Shown: positions 25,096-33,507 of the stretch, piece by piece | How the letters are laid out: each line of letters opens with the position of its first letter | Position numbering within the stretch: the first letter of the stretch is position 1 | Source of the DNA: a virus | Lineage: Duplodnaviria; Heunggongvirae; Uroviricota; Caudoviricetes | Strand: one strand, 5' to 3' | Length of the DNA stretch: 35,219 nucleotides | Virus record (IMG/VR): IMGVR_UViG_2548876867_000017 | Span: 1-35,219 of that record | Translations under genes and position numbers: made by a program | The notes under the pieces: generated by a model | Seen by the model: only the letters and a program-made list of their open reading frames with translations | Told to the model about the DNA's origin: nothing | Databases searched by the model: none

Positions 25096-26607
25096 TTAGG
25101 GATCGGTTTGAGAAGGGTTATCCTTGCTCTCACCATTAACGATAATATTTAGTGCGCTCTTTTCGGCTTGAATCTCTGAGAATACTTTTTCAGGATCATC
25201 ACCACGTTCCAAAATAACGGCAGTACGTGATTTAAGTCCTTTATCAATTAAAGCAATCTCGGCGTTTACGTCTTTAATTGGATCGACGGATTCAAAACGC
25301 GGACGAATAATAGTAGTGTTATCGATAATATGCGGAATTGCAGTAATACGAATCGGAACAATACCACGCGCGGAATAATGGCGTAGATATGCTTCGAAAA
25401 TTGGCAATACCACTGTTTCAATTAATTTGTTTTGCAGTGCTTTAACGCGCGTTCTTTGAAGTAATTCGCCGTAGCGTGCAGCGCTGTAATTTATTTGGCT
25501 AGTATCGCCAGTTAAGCCCTGATTGAACACGCCAAGACCCATTGCTATGCTAGTGAACATACCAGCGTTAAATGAATTGAAATCATCGCCGCTTTGCGTG
25601 GATTGAATACTCTTGATCGTTGCCCCTTCCGGCAATTCCTGAATAGTACCCGGCGCGAAATCGTGAATAACTTCCGGCGCTTGATATTGTTCATCATCTT
25701 CACCAGTATCAAAATCGTCACCAGAATCTTTCGGACGCTCGATGAACGCCATGCTACTAGCTGAAATTCGTTTCTGGATCAGGACCGCTTCGCGGAATGC
25801 GTCTTGATGTGCGATATCCTTAATCACTGGCAGGAAGTCGGTCACGCCGCGCAAACTTTCGGCGCACAAGGGCTGATAGTAATGACACACTTGAGAAGCA
25901 TCTACGCGATAGTTATCACCTGTGTAGGTTTGAGTCAGTAGGTTGATTTTACGAAACCAGTATGCTACGGGCTTCATTGTTTCCACGTCATACTCCACAC
26001 CTTGATATATCGCACGTTCTTTGCTTACTTCACGGTTTAGCGACCAGTCGCACTTATCAGCAGACAGGATGGAAACATTTAACTCATTGTTTTCTTTGGT
26101 TAAAACGATGAAGCACTCACCACCCATAACGCGCTCACGTTCAGCCATCACCAGCAGTTCACGGAAGTTAAAACGACCATTGCGGGAGAAGCGTTTAGCA
26201 TTCTGCGCCCACTTCCAGAAAGCATTCTCGATCTGCTTATTCAGTGCGGTATCAAGTTTGCCATTTGATTTAACGATTGATGGCTTCGGATCTAGGCCAG
26301 TGCCGACCACCATATCGGTGATGTATTGCGTGTAGCGACTGCCTACGGAAGTGTTTAAGGCCAGAGTACGACCCTGATCATAAAGGCGCTTACCATTCGA
26401 TTTGAGAGCCTTATTGAAGGTTCCTGTAATGGTATCTTGTTGAAGCGATCCATCAATGCGATCACCAACCAGTCCTAAACTACGAGTCGCCAGAGATTTC
26501 TGGTATTTTTCTATAGATTTGTCGATAAAGATTTTTTGTTGTTGCTGGCGGTGATTAGTTTTAACTGGAGTTTCTACCGCCTTATTGCGTCGAAAAAGAT
26601 TAAACAT
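25096..26607 (-). CDS. portal protein (lambda gpB-like)
   Basis: 503 aa between terminase and capsid genes; C-terminal region recalls lambda-family portals; RBS AAGGGG. Confidence 0.8.
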   Translation of the reverse strand: MFNLFRRNKAVETPVKTNHRQQQQKIFIDKSIEKYQKSLATRSLGLVGDRIDGSLQQDTITGTFNKALKSNGKRLYDQGRTLALNTSVGSRYTQYITDMVVGTGLDPKPSIVKSNGKLDTALNKQIENAFWKWAQNAKRFSRNGRFNFRELLVMAERERVMGGECFIVLTKENNELNVSILSADKCDWSLNREVSKERAIYQGVEYDVETMKPVAYWFRKINLLTQTYTGDNYRVDASQVCHYYQPLCAESLRGVTDFLPVIKDIAHQDAFREAVLIQKRISASSMAFIERPKDSGDDFDTGEDDEQYQAPEVIHDFAPGTIQELPEGATIKSIQSTQSGDDFNSFNAGMFTSIAMGLGVFNQGLTGDTSQINYSAARYGELLQRTRVKALQNKLIETVVLPIFEAYLRHYSARGIVPIRITAIPHIIDNTTIIRPRFESVDPIKDVNAEIALIDKGLKSRTAVILERGDDPEKVFSEIQAEKSALNIIVNGESKDNPSQTDP

Positions 26608-26617
26608 GATTTACCCC

Positions 26618-27112
26618 TTATCGCGTAAGACGTAATTTGATATTTTTAATCGGGCTAATTCCCTGTTTACGTCGTTCGGCTTGAATTAATTTTGATAACT
26701 GACGTTCATAATCGACTTTTAGAGTCTGGAGAACAGCCAATGACTCATAGGCGAAAGTATTCCCTTTCACGGTCATTTGAGATAATGCGGCTTCGTCCCC
26801 AGATAAACGAGAAAAGATGACTTGTTCCAAAATGGCGATAGTTTCCCGCAGATATTCTTTTTTGGATTGTTTGGCGAATACTGGCAAAACAGTTAATTCC
26901 TGCATTGATACCAGTTCATCATCCAAAGTTATTACGATGGTATATTTACCTTCGGCAAAATCTAAGGTTTTAATCTCATGATTAGCCGGAGTATCATCAA
27001 CCTGATAAATGATACCTTTACTATTTCCTACCTGAATTGTTACACCCTCTTCATTCGCCAGCGTGATTTTTTCGCCTTTCCGAATTACTAAGGGAATTAG
27101 TTCTAAACTCAT
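26618..27112 (-). CDS. hypothetical head-associated protein
   Basis: 164 aa between large terminase and portal; RBS AAGGGGT. Confidence 0.5.
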   Translation of the reverse strand: MSLELIPLVIRKGEKITLANEEGVTIQVGNSKGIIYQVDDTPANHEIKTLDFAEGKYTIVITLDDELVSMQELTVLPVFAKQSKKEYLRETIAILEQVIFSRLSGDEAALSQMTVKGNTFAYESLAVLQTLKVDYERQLSKLIQAERRKQGISPIKNIKLRLTR

Positions 27113-27184
27113 AATTACCCCTTATTTAATTGTTATTGGATTAACAATATTTAGGAGTAAGCCGCCCCGAAGGACGGCGAGTTA

Positions 27185-29089
27185 TTAGAACGATGTTACC
27201 CAGCTACGGCCTCTATTTGGGCGTCTGACGATGTTTTGACGTTGTGGTCGTGTGATTGGCTTAGTTTCTTCTATTTGCTCGTTAGATTGCGATTTAGGAG
27301 CTTTTACGGGTTCTTCGACAACACGGTTTAAGCTGTCTTTCATTGCAATGAGTTTATCCCATGACATTTTTGAAAGGACGTAGCGAGAAGCCGCTGTAGC
27401 ATACACGGCGCAGTCGAGCGCCTCGTTCCTAACGCCTGGGTTCTTTACCCATCTCACGCCAGTAGTAGTACGCTTGACAGATTCACTTAAAAGCTGATCG
27501 AGATAATCATCAGGAACGGTGTCTGATATTTCTAAGGCAATATGAGGATTATCTTTCAGGTTCCTAGCCAACATTTCACGAAATGCAGTTTTACCCACGT
27601 TAACACCCAACATAAGCAATTCATGACCACCTGTGCGGGTAGGTTTAACCGGAATGATCGGAGCGTTACCAGCAGAACTACCTTTGATAGCGTGTAAGTT
27701 CTTCCACTTGCCGCAAATACGGTATCCAGCTTGAGTGAATCGACCGTTCGATGTATCAAGGAAGCTGGCGAGCATAGGAACACGATCACCCGATACAGTA
27801 GTAAATTTGGTTTTATGGAAGTTGATTAATCTATCCCATACAGGTGATTCATATCGTTCACAGTTATGATCGTAAAAGCTGCGGTGATCCAGAATATAAA
27901 TCTTATCCTTTGCCACGCCCATGATCGTAGTTTCTGCGCGATCTAATTGCTGGTCAGTACCCGCACACAAGAAAATCACGTCATCAGGGATATTCTCGAT
28001 AGAAACATCTGTTTTGAGTTGTTCCAGTTCATTTGCTTCTACTGCCGTGTCCTGATCGTCGTATACCTTGCCTAACACGGTGTTAAAAAAGGATTGTAAA
28101 TCAAAGGATTGCCACGCATGACTAAAATCAACCACACAAGCGCGGATCGTACTGAAAGGTGAATACAGACGACTGATCCAGAATCCTGCTACTTCACTTT
28201 CACGGGTTGCTCTCCACTCGCCTTGCGCTACTGCCCTGATTCGTTCCCCTTCTGTCCATGCGTTCTTACAGTGGGGGCAAATATAACGAGCGGTATCAGG
28301 ATCGGGTAAGTTCTTACCATCAATGTTACGCCATTCAAATTGAACGTTTTCCCACTCGATCACCTGGTGTTCCCCGCAATGAGGACACGGAACAAAAAAC
28401 ATACGCATATCACTTGATAACCATTGCTGGTTAATGATTCCCAGCTTATTGGTTGGGGTACTAGAAACAATCAATCGAGCTTCATCACCAAAGGTAGTTA
28501 AACGGTTTGCAGTTAGTGCCACCGGACAACCTTCTTCGGTGATTGTTGCTGCGTCGCATTCGTCTACAATCCCTAACTTGGCAGTACGCCCACGCAAACT
28601 TGAAGGACTGGTCAAAGAAACCATGTAAAGGAAATGGTTTGTTTTTAGCTGAATCTGGTTATTGTTGTTTACCGCATTACGATCATTCTTATCTGTTACC
28701 ACTTCCTGTAATGCCGGACATGCTTCAATAGAAGGACGGATCTTAGTATTCAAGTACATAGCCACTTCTTTAGCGGTACTTTGCCCGATAATGATATTGC
28801 ACGGATCGTTTGCCATCTGGTTAAACATGATCCCTGACATGATGGTCGTCTTTCCGATCTGCGCACTCGTACAAAAAACGTACTTCTTTTTCTTCTCAAG
28901 GAAAGGAGCATCAATCATGCCTTTCTGAAATGACAGTAATTTAACTTTATCCCCAGCACGAGGACCATCGACTAGCGTTAGATTCGCTTCGCACCATTCA
29001 GAAGGAAGGAGCTTAGGCGGTGGCGTAATATATTTGGCTGCATTTTTAAGAATCTTTTTTAATTTTGCCTTATTAGAAATCAGTTTCAT
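27185..29089 (-). CDS. terminase large subunit (lambda gpA-like)
   Basis: 634 aa; motifs [28 protein letters not shown] and [14 protein letters not shown] correspond to lambda gpA segments as I recall them; Walker A-like AQIGKT; RBS GAGGG. Confidence 0.85.
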   Translation of the reverse strand: MKLISNKAKLKKILKNAAKYITPPPKLLPSEWCEANLTLVDGPRAGDKVKLLSFQKGMIDAPFLEKKKKYVFCTSAQIGKTTIMSGIMFNQMANDPCNIIIGQSTAKEVAMYLNTKIRPSIEACPALQEVVTDKNDRNAVNNNNQIQLKTNHFLYMVSLTSPSSLRGRTAKLGIVDECDAATITEEGCPVALTANRLTTFGDEARLIVSSTPTNKLGIINQQWLSSDMRMFFVPCPHCGEHQVIEWENVQFEWRNIDGKNLPDPDTARYICPHCKNAWTEGERIRAVAQGEWRATRESEVAGFWISRLYSPFSTIRACVVDFSHAWQSFDLQSFFNTVLGKVYDDQDTAVEANELEQLKTDVSIENIPDDVIFLCAGTDQQLDRAETTIMGVAKDKIYILDHRSFYDHNCERYESPVWDRLINFHKTKFTTVSGDRVPMLASFLDTSNGRFTQAGYRICGKWKNLHAIKGSSAGNAPIIPVKPTRTGGHELLMLGVNVGKTAFREMLARNLKDNPHIALEISDTVPDDYLDQLLSESVKRTTTGVRWVKNPGVRNEALDCAVYATAASRYVLSKMSWDKLIAMKDSLNRVVEEPVKAPKSQSNEQIEETKPITRPQRQNIVRRPNRGRSWVTSF

Positions 29090-29176
29090 GTAATTACCCT
29101 CATTACGAAATATGAAGGTATTTATTAAGTTGTTGATTTTTTGATAAATACGGGTATTAAGATTTAAGGGGGTTGT

Positions 29177-29782
29177 ATGCTAATTGATCAGCAACAAAGA
29201 GATGAATTAGAATTAGCCTTTTCTTGTTGTACCGATCATGAATATCGTTTGCCAGTTAAGCACCATCACAAGAAGACTGATTACACAACATCTGGCTTTA
29301 GTCGTGAGGAAGCTAAACAGATTTTAATCGAGTTGTATCGCGATCATGGGTATACCGATATTCATAACTTCTTTAAGAAGCATCGCACATCACAGACAGA
29401 GTTTCAGCGAGTCCGTGAGTGGTTTGATTTTGACATTAAGCGATTCTATCGAGTAGATGACGGTCCTATCTATCGGTTGCAGTGGAAGCCGATCCGAGAA
29501 GTGCTTAAACAGAAGAGATTGAATCATGCCATTACACGCTATCGTAATGTGGCTTTCAAGAAAGGCTATGGTGATACAAGGGAATTGTTTGTAGAACTCG
29601 CTAACGTGCGATATAGCCATTATTACAGGAATCCTAAAGAGTTCTTCGAAGTGCTGCGCAAGGTTGATATAAGTCGGGGTACATACTATTCACGGTTGAA
29701 GAAGTACGGGATTAAGGCAGAGTTTTTTATGTCAGTTGACGATGGAGAACTTTTTCCGATAAAATGTAAGTCCTCTAAATAA
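29177..29782 (+). CDS. protein with C-terminal resolvase/transposase-type HTH motif (putative transcription regulator)
   Basis: 201 aa; C-terminal [16 protein letters not shown] fits the HTH_7/HTH_23 pattern; RBS AAGGGGG; divergent from the terminase operon. Confidence 0.5.
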   Translation: MLIDQQQRDELELAFSCCTDHEYRLPVKHHHKKTDYTTSGFSREEAKQILIELYRDHGYTDIHNFFKKHRTSQTEFQRVREWFDFDIKRFYRVDDGPIYRLQWKPIREVLKQKRLNHAITRYRNVAFKKGYGDTRELFVELANVRYSHYYRNPKEFFEVLRKVDISRGTYYSRLKKYGIKAEFFMSVDDGELFPIKCKSSK

Positions 29783-29816
29783 AGGTGAACATTCACTTTA
29801 ATTTGGAGAAATGACT

Positions 29817-30044
29817 ATGACTACTAAAGCTACTCGCGGTCGTCCTGCCCGTTTTAACGCTGAACAGATGGCTGATATTGCCTACGCTTATTATACAGCG
29901 GATCGTGGTAAGGAAGCGAAAGAACAGATTCTTAGTGAACATGGGATCTCAATCGCCCAATTCTATAAGAATATGAAGAAGTTAGACATTAAATTCTATG
30001 TTCAGATCGGTGATGGTCAGATCGTAGAAGCAACAGGTTTTTGA
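29817..30044 (+). CDS. small HTH protein (paralog family with 33212..33391)
   Basis: Start taken at second ATG (better SD spacing); RGRPARF..ADIAYAYY..ISIAQFYKNMKKLDIKFYVQI parallels the 33212 product. Confidence 0.5.
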   Translation: MTTKATRGRPARFNAEQMADIAYAYYTADRGKEAKEQILSEHGISIAQFYKNMKKLDIKFYVQIGDGQIVEATGF

Positions 30045-30052
30045 TTCTCTTT

Positions 30053-30076
30053 GCCACTCTTCGGAGTGGCTTTTTT
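30053..30076 (+). terminator. rho-independent terminator
   Basis: GCCACTC-TTCG-GAGTGGC hairpin followed by TTTTTT after stop of 29817..30044. Confidence 0.7.
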
Positions 30077-30091
30077 GTATCTGTAGGTATG

Positions 30092-30115
30092 AAAAAGCCC
30101 CACACTAGGCGAGGC
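30092..30115 (-). terminator. intrinsic terminator for the leftward Rha-like operon
   Basis: Hairpin GCCTCGCC..GTGGGGC on minus strand followed by UUUUU, just after the 30125 stop. Confidence 0.5.
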
Positions 30116-30124
30116 TAAAAATTA

Positions 30125-30955
30125 TTACAGTCCGAAGACTTCCAGTGATCCAACATTCTGACGGAGACGTTCAGCCGCTTTATTTTGAATCAGAATAGTG
30201 TTGTTCGGCTTAGGAAGATTCAGAGTTGCTTTTTGTTCTTCTTCCAAAACACCCAATTCAACCAGCACCGGAAGCACATCAACAGTAAACTCAAGTTGGT
30301 AGTGAGCATTCATGCGGCAGAAAGAGAGAGAAGAATCATTAGCAACATACCCACACGGCTTGTTATTTTCATCATAGACGCGCTCGATGTATCCAGCAGT
30401 ACGTAAGGCCGTCAGTGCTTCTTTAACCTTCGTAGCGCCCTTTTTAGCGCCTAACAGACGGGTCATTGAATGGCTATCTACAGACTTACGAACATGAAGT
30501 TCAATCAGTTGTTTGTTTTCGCGAGTTTTCTTTAACGCCAGTTCGATCCAGTCTGTTTCTTCAAAGTGTTCATATGGATTAACCGGAACATTAGCTTTCC
30601 CTTCTTTCATCAAACGCCATTCTTTAGCAATTTTGAAGCGAAGCGGTGCATCGTATCCCATAACCAGAGTATTACAGAGATCTTCGTCCAGTTCATACAT
30701 CGGGCGAGATTGATTATTCTTATCAAAATATGAAGATTCTACAAAATACCCCAGCGCAAAATTGCGCCCGGCTAATTCGCTTCCTTTTTCAAGAGAATCA
30801 ATCATGCGACGAAAATCACGCATAACATCCTTATGATTCTTTCCGGTCAATTCAGCAATCTGACGGGTAGACATGGTCAGCGGTTTGGTGTTATCAACAA
30901 CCAGAGACACGGAAGCAGTTTTAACAGCAGTATTCATAGTAGTAACAGTATTCAT
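30125..30955 (-). CDS. Rha-family / antirepressor-like regulatory protein
   Basis: N-terminal TMSTRQIAELTGKNHKDVMRDFRRMID fits the Rha/ORF6N DNA-binding pattern; 276 aa; RBS AAGGGG. Confidence 0.55.
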   Translation of the reverse strand: MNTVTTMNTAVKTASVSLVVDNTKPLTMSTRQIAELTGKNHKDVMRDFRRMIDSLEKGSELAGRNFALGYFVESSYFDKNNQSRPMYELDEDLCNTLVMGYDAPLRFKIAKEWRLMKEGKANVPVNPYEHFEETDWIELALKKTRENKQLIELHVRKSVDSHSMTRLLGAKKGATKVKEALTALRTAGYIERVYDENNKPCGYVANDSSLSFCRMNAHYQLEFTVDVLPVLVELGVLEEEQKATLNLPKPNNTILIQNKAAERLRQNVGSLEVFGL

Positions 30956-31044
30956 AGTAAAAATTCCCCTTAAACGGTTTAGTGATTTGGTCCTCCTAGT
31001 TCCGGCAGCATCACCGGAACATTTTTATTTATGATAGAAATTTA

Positions 31045-31377
31045 TTACCAATCGATTTCTACTTGGTCTTCTTCATAATAAGGAATCGCATATTCATAAC
31101 GCCAATTTTCGATGATTTCACGTTCTTCATTAGTAAGAAGGTGATTGTTAACTGGAGTCGCATTGTGATTACCAGCTTCGAATTGCTCGCGAACTTCCAG
31201 CATTGCATGAATACCAGTTAAGGTCATCAGATCAAACGGAACATGCATACTACGGGAGATAGTTTCACGGGATACGCCCCAATCATTTTCTACATGGCTA
31301 GGGGTTACAGAAACGGTTTTGCCGGAGATTTTAACAGTCCAGTCATACAGGGATTTAGTGATGGTAAATTCTTTCAT
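31045..31377 (-). CDS. hypothetical protein
   Basis: 110 aa; RBS AAGAGGA; first gene after the leftward promoter at about 31434-31462. Confidence 0.55.
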   Translation of the reverse strand: MKEFTITKSLYDWTVKISGKTVSVTPSHVENDWGVSRETISRSMHVPFDLMTLTGIHAMLEVREQFEAGNHNATPVNNHLLTNEEREIIENWRYEYAIPYYEEDQVEIDW

Positions 31378-31433
31378 GTTACATCCTCTTTACAAATCTA
31401 GGTCAAATATAATAAAAGTTGTCAAGTGCGATA

Positions 31434-31462
31434 ATCATAAAAAAGTCATAAATTTTTGTCAA
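31434..31462 (-). promoter_or_regulatory. sigma70-like promoter driving leftward genes
   Basis: On minus strand TTGACA (31462..31457), 17 bp spacer, TATGAT (31439..31434); the -35 is half of a TGTCAA-6nt-TTGACA inverted repeat. Confidence 0.5.
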
Positions 31463-31497
31463 TATACCTTGACAAGACGCCAAAGGGTTGACCTAAC

Positions 31498-31947
31498 TTA
31501 CAGCATATCTAAGCCTTCATCGTAACCGTAGAAGCCACCGTGAGAAGAGAAAGCGATTGGTGCGTAGTCTTCGTCTTCCTCATCTTGTTCTGGGGCTTCC
31601 TGAGCGGTTTCTTTACCGTAATTAAACATTGCTTCATCCAGTTCACGAAGAGTCAAGAAGCTACCCAGGTCAATGTCACCGGAACGGACTTGAAACGGCA
31701 GATCATCACGAACAATAATTGCTGGAATATCGTTGTATTGAAGACGACCCTCATCAGTAAAACAGTCGATGATCACAGTAGGACGACCATTTCGTTTTAA
31801 AGCGTAGAAAGCAGTTGAGTAGTTGGAGTCTTCGGAATGACGAATGATGTTATAACCACGATGAGCGAAAACTTCTAGCATATGGAAGTTACCATAGTTT
31901 TCAGAGTCCAGACCCAGAAGTACGAAAGGAGTTTTAGTATTGATCAT
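31498..31947 (-). CDS. hypothetical protein with acidic C-terminal region
   Basis: Start moved to ATG 31947 (MINTKTPF) with RBS AGAGGA; conserved upstream box shared with gene 3418..4416. Confidence 0.55.
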   Translation of the reverse strand: MINTKTPFVLLGLDSENYGNFHMLEVFAHRGYNIIRHSEDSNYSTAFYALKRNGRPTVIIDCFTDEGRLQYNDIPAIIVRDDLPFQVRSGDIDLGSFLTLRELDEAMFNYGKETAQEAPEQDEEDEDYAPIAFSSHGGFYGYDEGLDML

Positions 31948-32524
31948 AGTGGTATCCTCTAAAAGAAAGTGAATCAAGTAAGTTCACTATTATTTATAAA
32001 GAGAAAATTCTTGTTATTATGAAAGGTGATTGTATTCAGTCGGGCAAAGCCCTCCTTCATGATTTGATTAAATCATCATCAAAACGAAGAAGTATCTTTA
32101 GAATATAAGAATCTTTCTTTTGGAGAAATAATAATCAGGAAGCAATTTAGCAACCGAAGGTTGCAATCCCGAAGGGATACCAATACCTTTCTAGAAAGTG
32201 ATTGTTACTCACTTCGTTCGTTTACTAGAATCAGTTAGTAACTAGTATTAAATCCCTTTCTAAGAAAATCCTTTCAAAAGCGAGTGAACGCCGTAGGCGT
32301 GAACGTGAGCGAAGCGAACTATCCAATCCCTTTCGAATCCTGCTTGCAGGTCTTAGAAGGTGTTGATGGGCGCTTCGCGCACGGCTACGCCGTATTCTTT
32401 TTGCGAGATCTTTCTTGAACGTAGTGAGAGAAAACGAGCAAAAAGGAGAACGTTAGTTCGAATTTTATATTCTATGGTCTGTGGGGTGAAATGTCTTTCA
32501 AGATCATACGCTTATGAGATTGAA

Positions 32525-32648
32525 GTGTAGGGTTAGTGTAGGTGTGTAGGTTTCATAGTGTAGGTTTGAGGGTGTTATAGTGTAGGTTTACTGACTAGTG
32601 TAGTGTAGGCCAATCCCTTTAAAGCGTAGGTTTGTAGTGTAGGTTTTT
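32525..32648. repeat. iteron-like array of about 8 copies of (A)GTGTAGGTTT
   Basis: Direct repeats at about 32525, 32536, 32544, 32558, 32580, 32603, 32626, 32637, spaced 8-23 bp, in an ORF-free region and followed by an AT-rich tract. Confidence 0.6.
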
Positions 32649-32751
32649 CATCAAAAATTTTGATAGAAAATTCTTGTATATTATTTAACCGGAAAATCAC
32701 CAAAAATCGCTGTAAATGTATGATTTAAAAAGAATTATCAAAAGGTCGCCG

Positions 32752-32760
32752 TGCTATAAT
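32752..32760 (+). promoter_or_regulatory. extended -10 promoter element (TGcTATAAT)
   Basis: TGCTATAAT at 32752-32760 in AT-rich region upstream of rightward genes; weak -35. Confidence 0.4.
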
Positions 32761-32840
32761 AGGTTATAAAGGTTGATAATCGTTATCCGCCATTTTCACA
32801 CAAAAATTTTGATAGTCATTTCTCGCTTAGGTCAAGTGCA

Positions 32841-32869
32841 TTGACAACTGTCAAGGATTATTTTATACT
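32841..32869 (+). promoter_or_regulatory. near-consensus sigma70 promoter for rightward genes
   Basis: TTGACA (32841-32846), 17 bp spacer, TATACT (32864-32869); -35 is part of palindrome TTGACA-AC-TGTCAA. Confidence 0.6.
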
Positions 32870-33211
32870 TTTTCTCATTGGTAGGGGTTGAAATTTTCGA
32901 AACAATCCCCATATTGATGATAAACAAGATTTTTTCGTGTATAAATACATGCATGAAATGATTGTTCACTTCTGAAAATCCCCTGATTCACTGTTAACAC
33001 ACACAGCACTGGTTAAACACACAGTGCTTTTTCGATTGAATAATGTACGAATTGATTAATTATTAATCTTCTCTTTAGCAATTCGTGCTCCCACTGATCA
33101 GATATACAGTGGTTTTGCAGGGTTTTCTGAAATGACTTTTATAAATAGAAGTATCGAGGGCGAAAAGCTCTTTTTATTGTCCTTATTAATCCACATTTGA
33201 GGAATCTACTT

Positions 33212-33391
33212 ATGGCTAGACCTGTTAAGTTTACTCGTGAAATGATTGTTGATATTGCTAAACGCTTTTATGGCGATACTGAACGAGGCGGCGAGAATTT
33301 CTTTAAGAAGGAAGGAATTGATAGAAGCGGATTCTATAAGCTAATGAAGAAATACGAAATTCAGATAAAGATTAACGTTCAAGTTTGTTAA
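33212..33391 (+). CDS. small HTH protein (paralog of 29817..30044)
   Basis: Start at ATG 33212 with RBS GAGGAA; ARPVKF..VDIAKRFYG..IDRSGFYKLMKKYEIQIKINVQ parallels the 29817 product. Confidence 0.5.
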   Translation: MARPVKFTREMIVDIAKRFYGDTERGGENFFKKEGIDRSGFYKLMKKYEIQIKINVQVC

Positions 33392-33433
33392 TCCACTTTC
33401 ACTGAGAATTATACGATGGCTTTAAAAATAAAA

Positions 33434-33461
33434 AGCCTCCCTTGTTGCAGCAAAGGAGGCT
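33434..33461 (-). terminator. minus-oriented intrinsic terminator inside rightward gene block
   Basis: AGCCTCC..GGAGGCT hairpin preceded on plus strand by an A-run (U-run on minus transcript); no T-run on plus side. Confidence 0.4.
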
Positions 33462-33507
33462 TGAAATGAACAATTAAAACTAACACAGCATTCAGGAGTA
33501 TTTATAA

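Noticed and set aside
30125-30955. Rha-like gene as a small terminase subunit
   Set aside because: The N-terminal motif fits the Rha/antirepressor DNA-binding domain better than any TerS pattern I recognise, and the gene is separated from the large terminase by a divergent island and two terminators
32521-32648. Possible CRISPR array from the GTGTAGG repeats
   Set aside because: Repeat unit is only 7-11 bp with irregular 8-23 bp spacing, with no spacer-sized unique segments and no cas genes; fits iterons or binding sites, not CRISPR
31980-33200. Possible tRNA genes in the 1.2 kb ORF-free region (TTCGAATCC at about 32331 resembles a T-loop)
   Set aside because: Flanking bases do not form a T-stem, and no acceptor stem or anticodon arm could be built around it or around GTTCGAAT at about 32454
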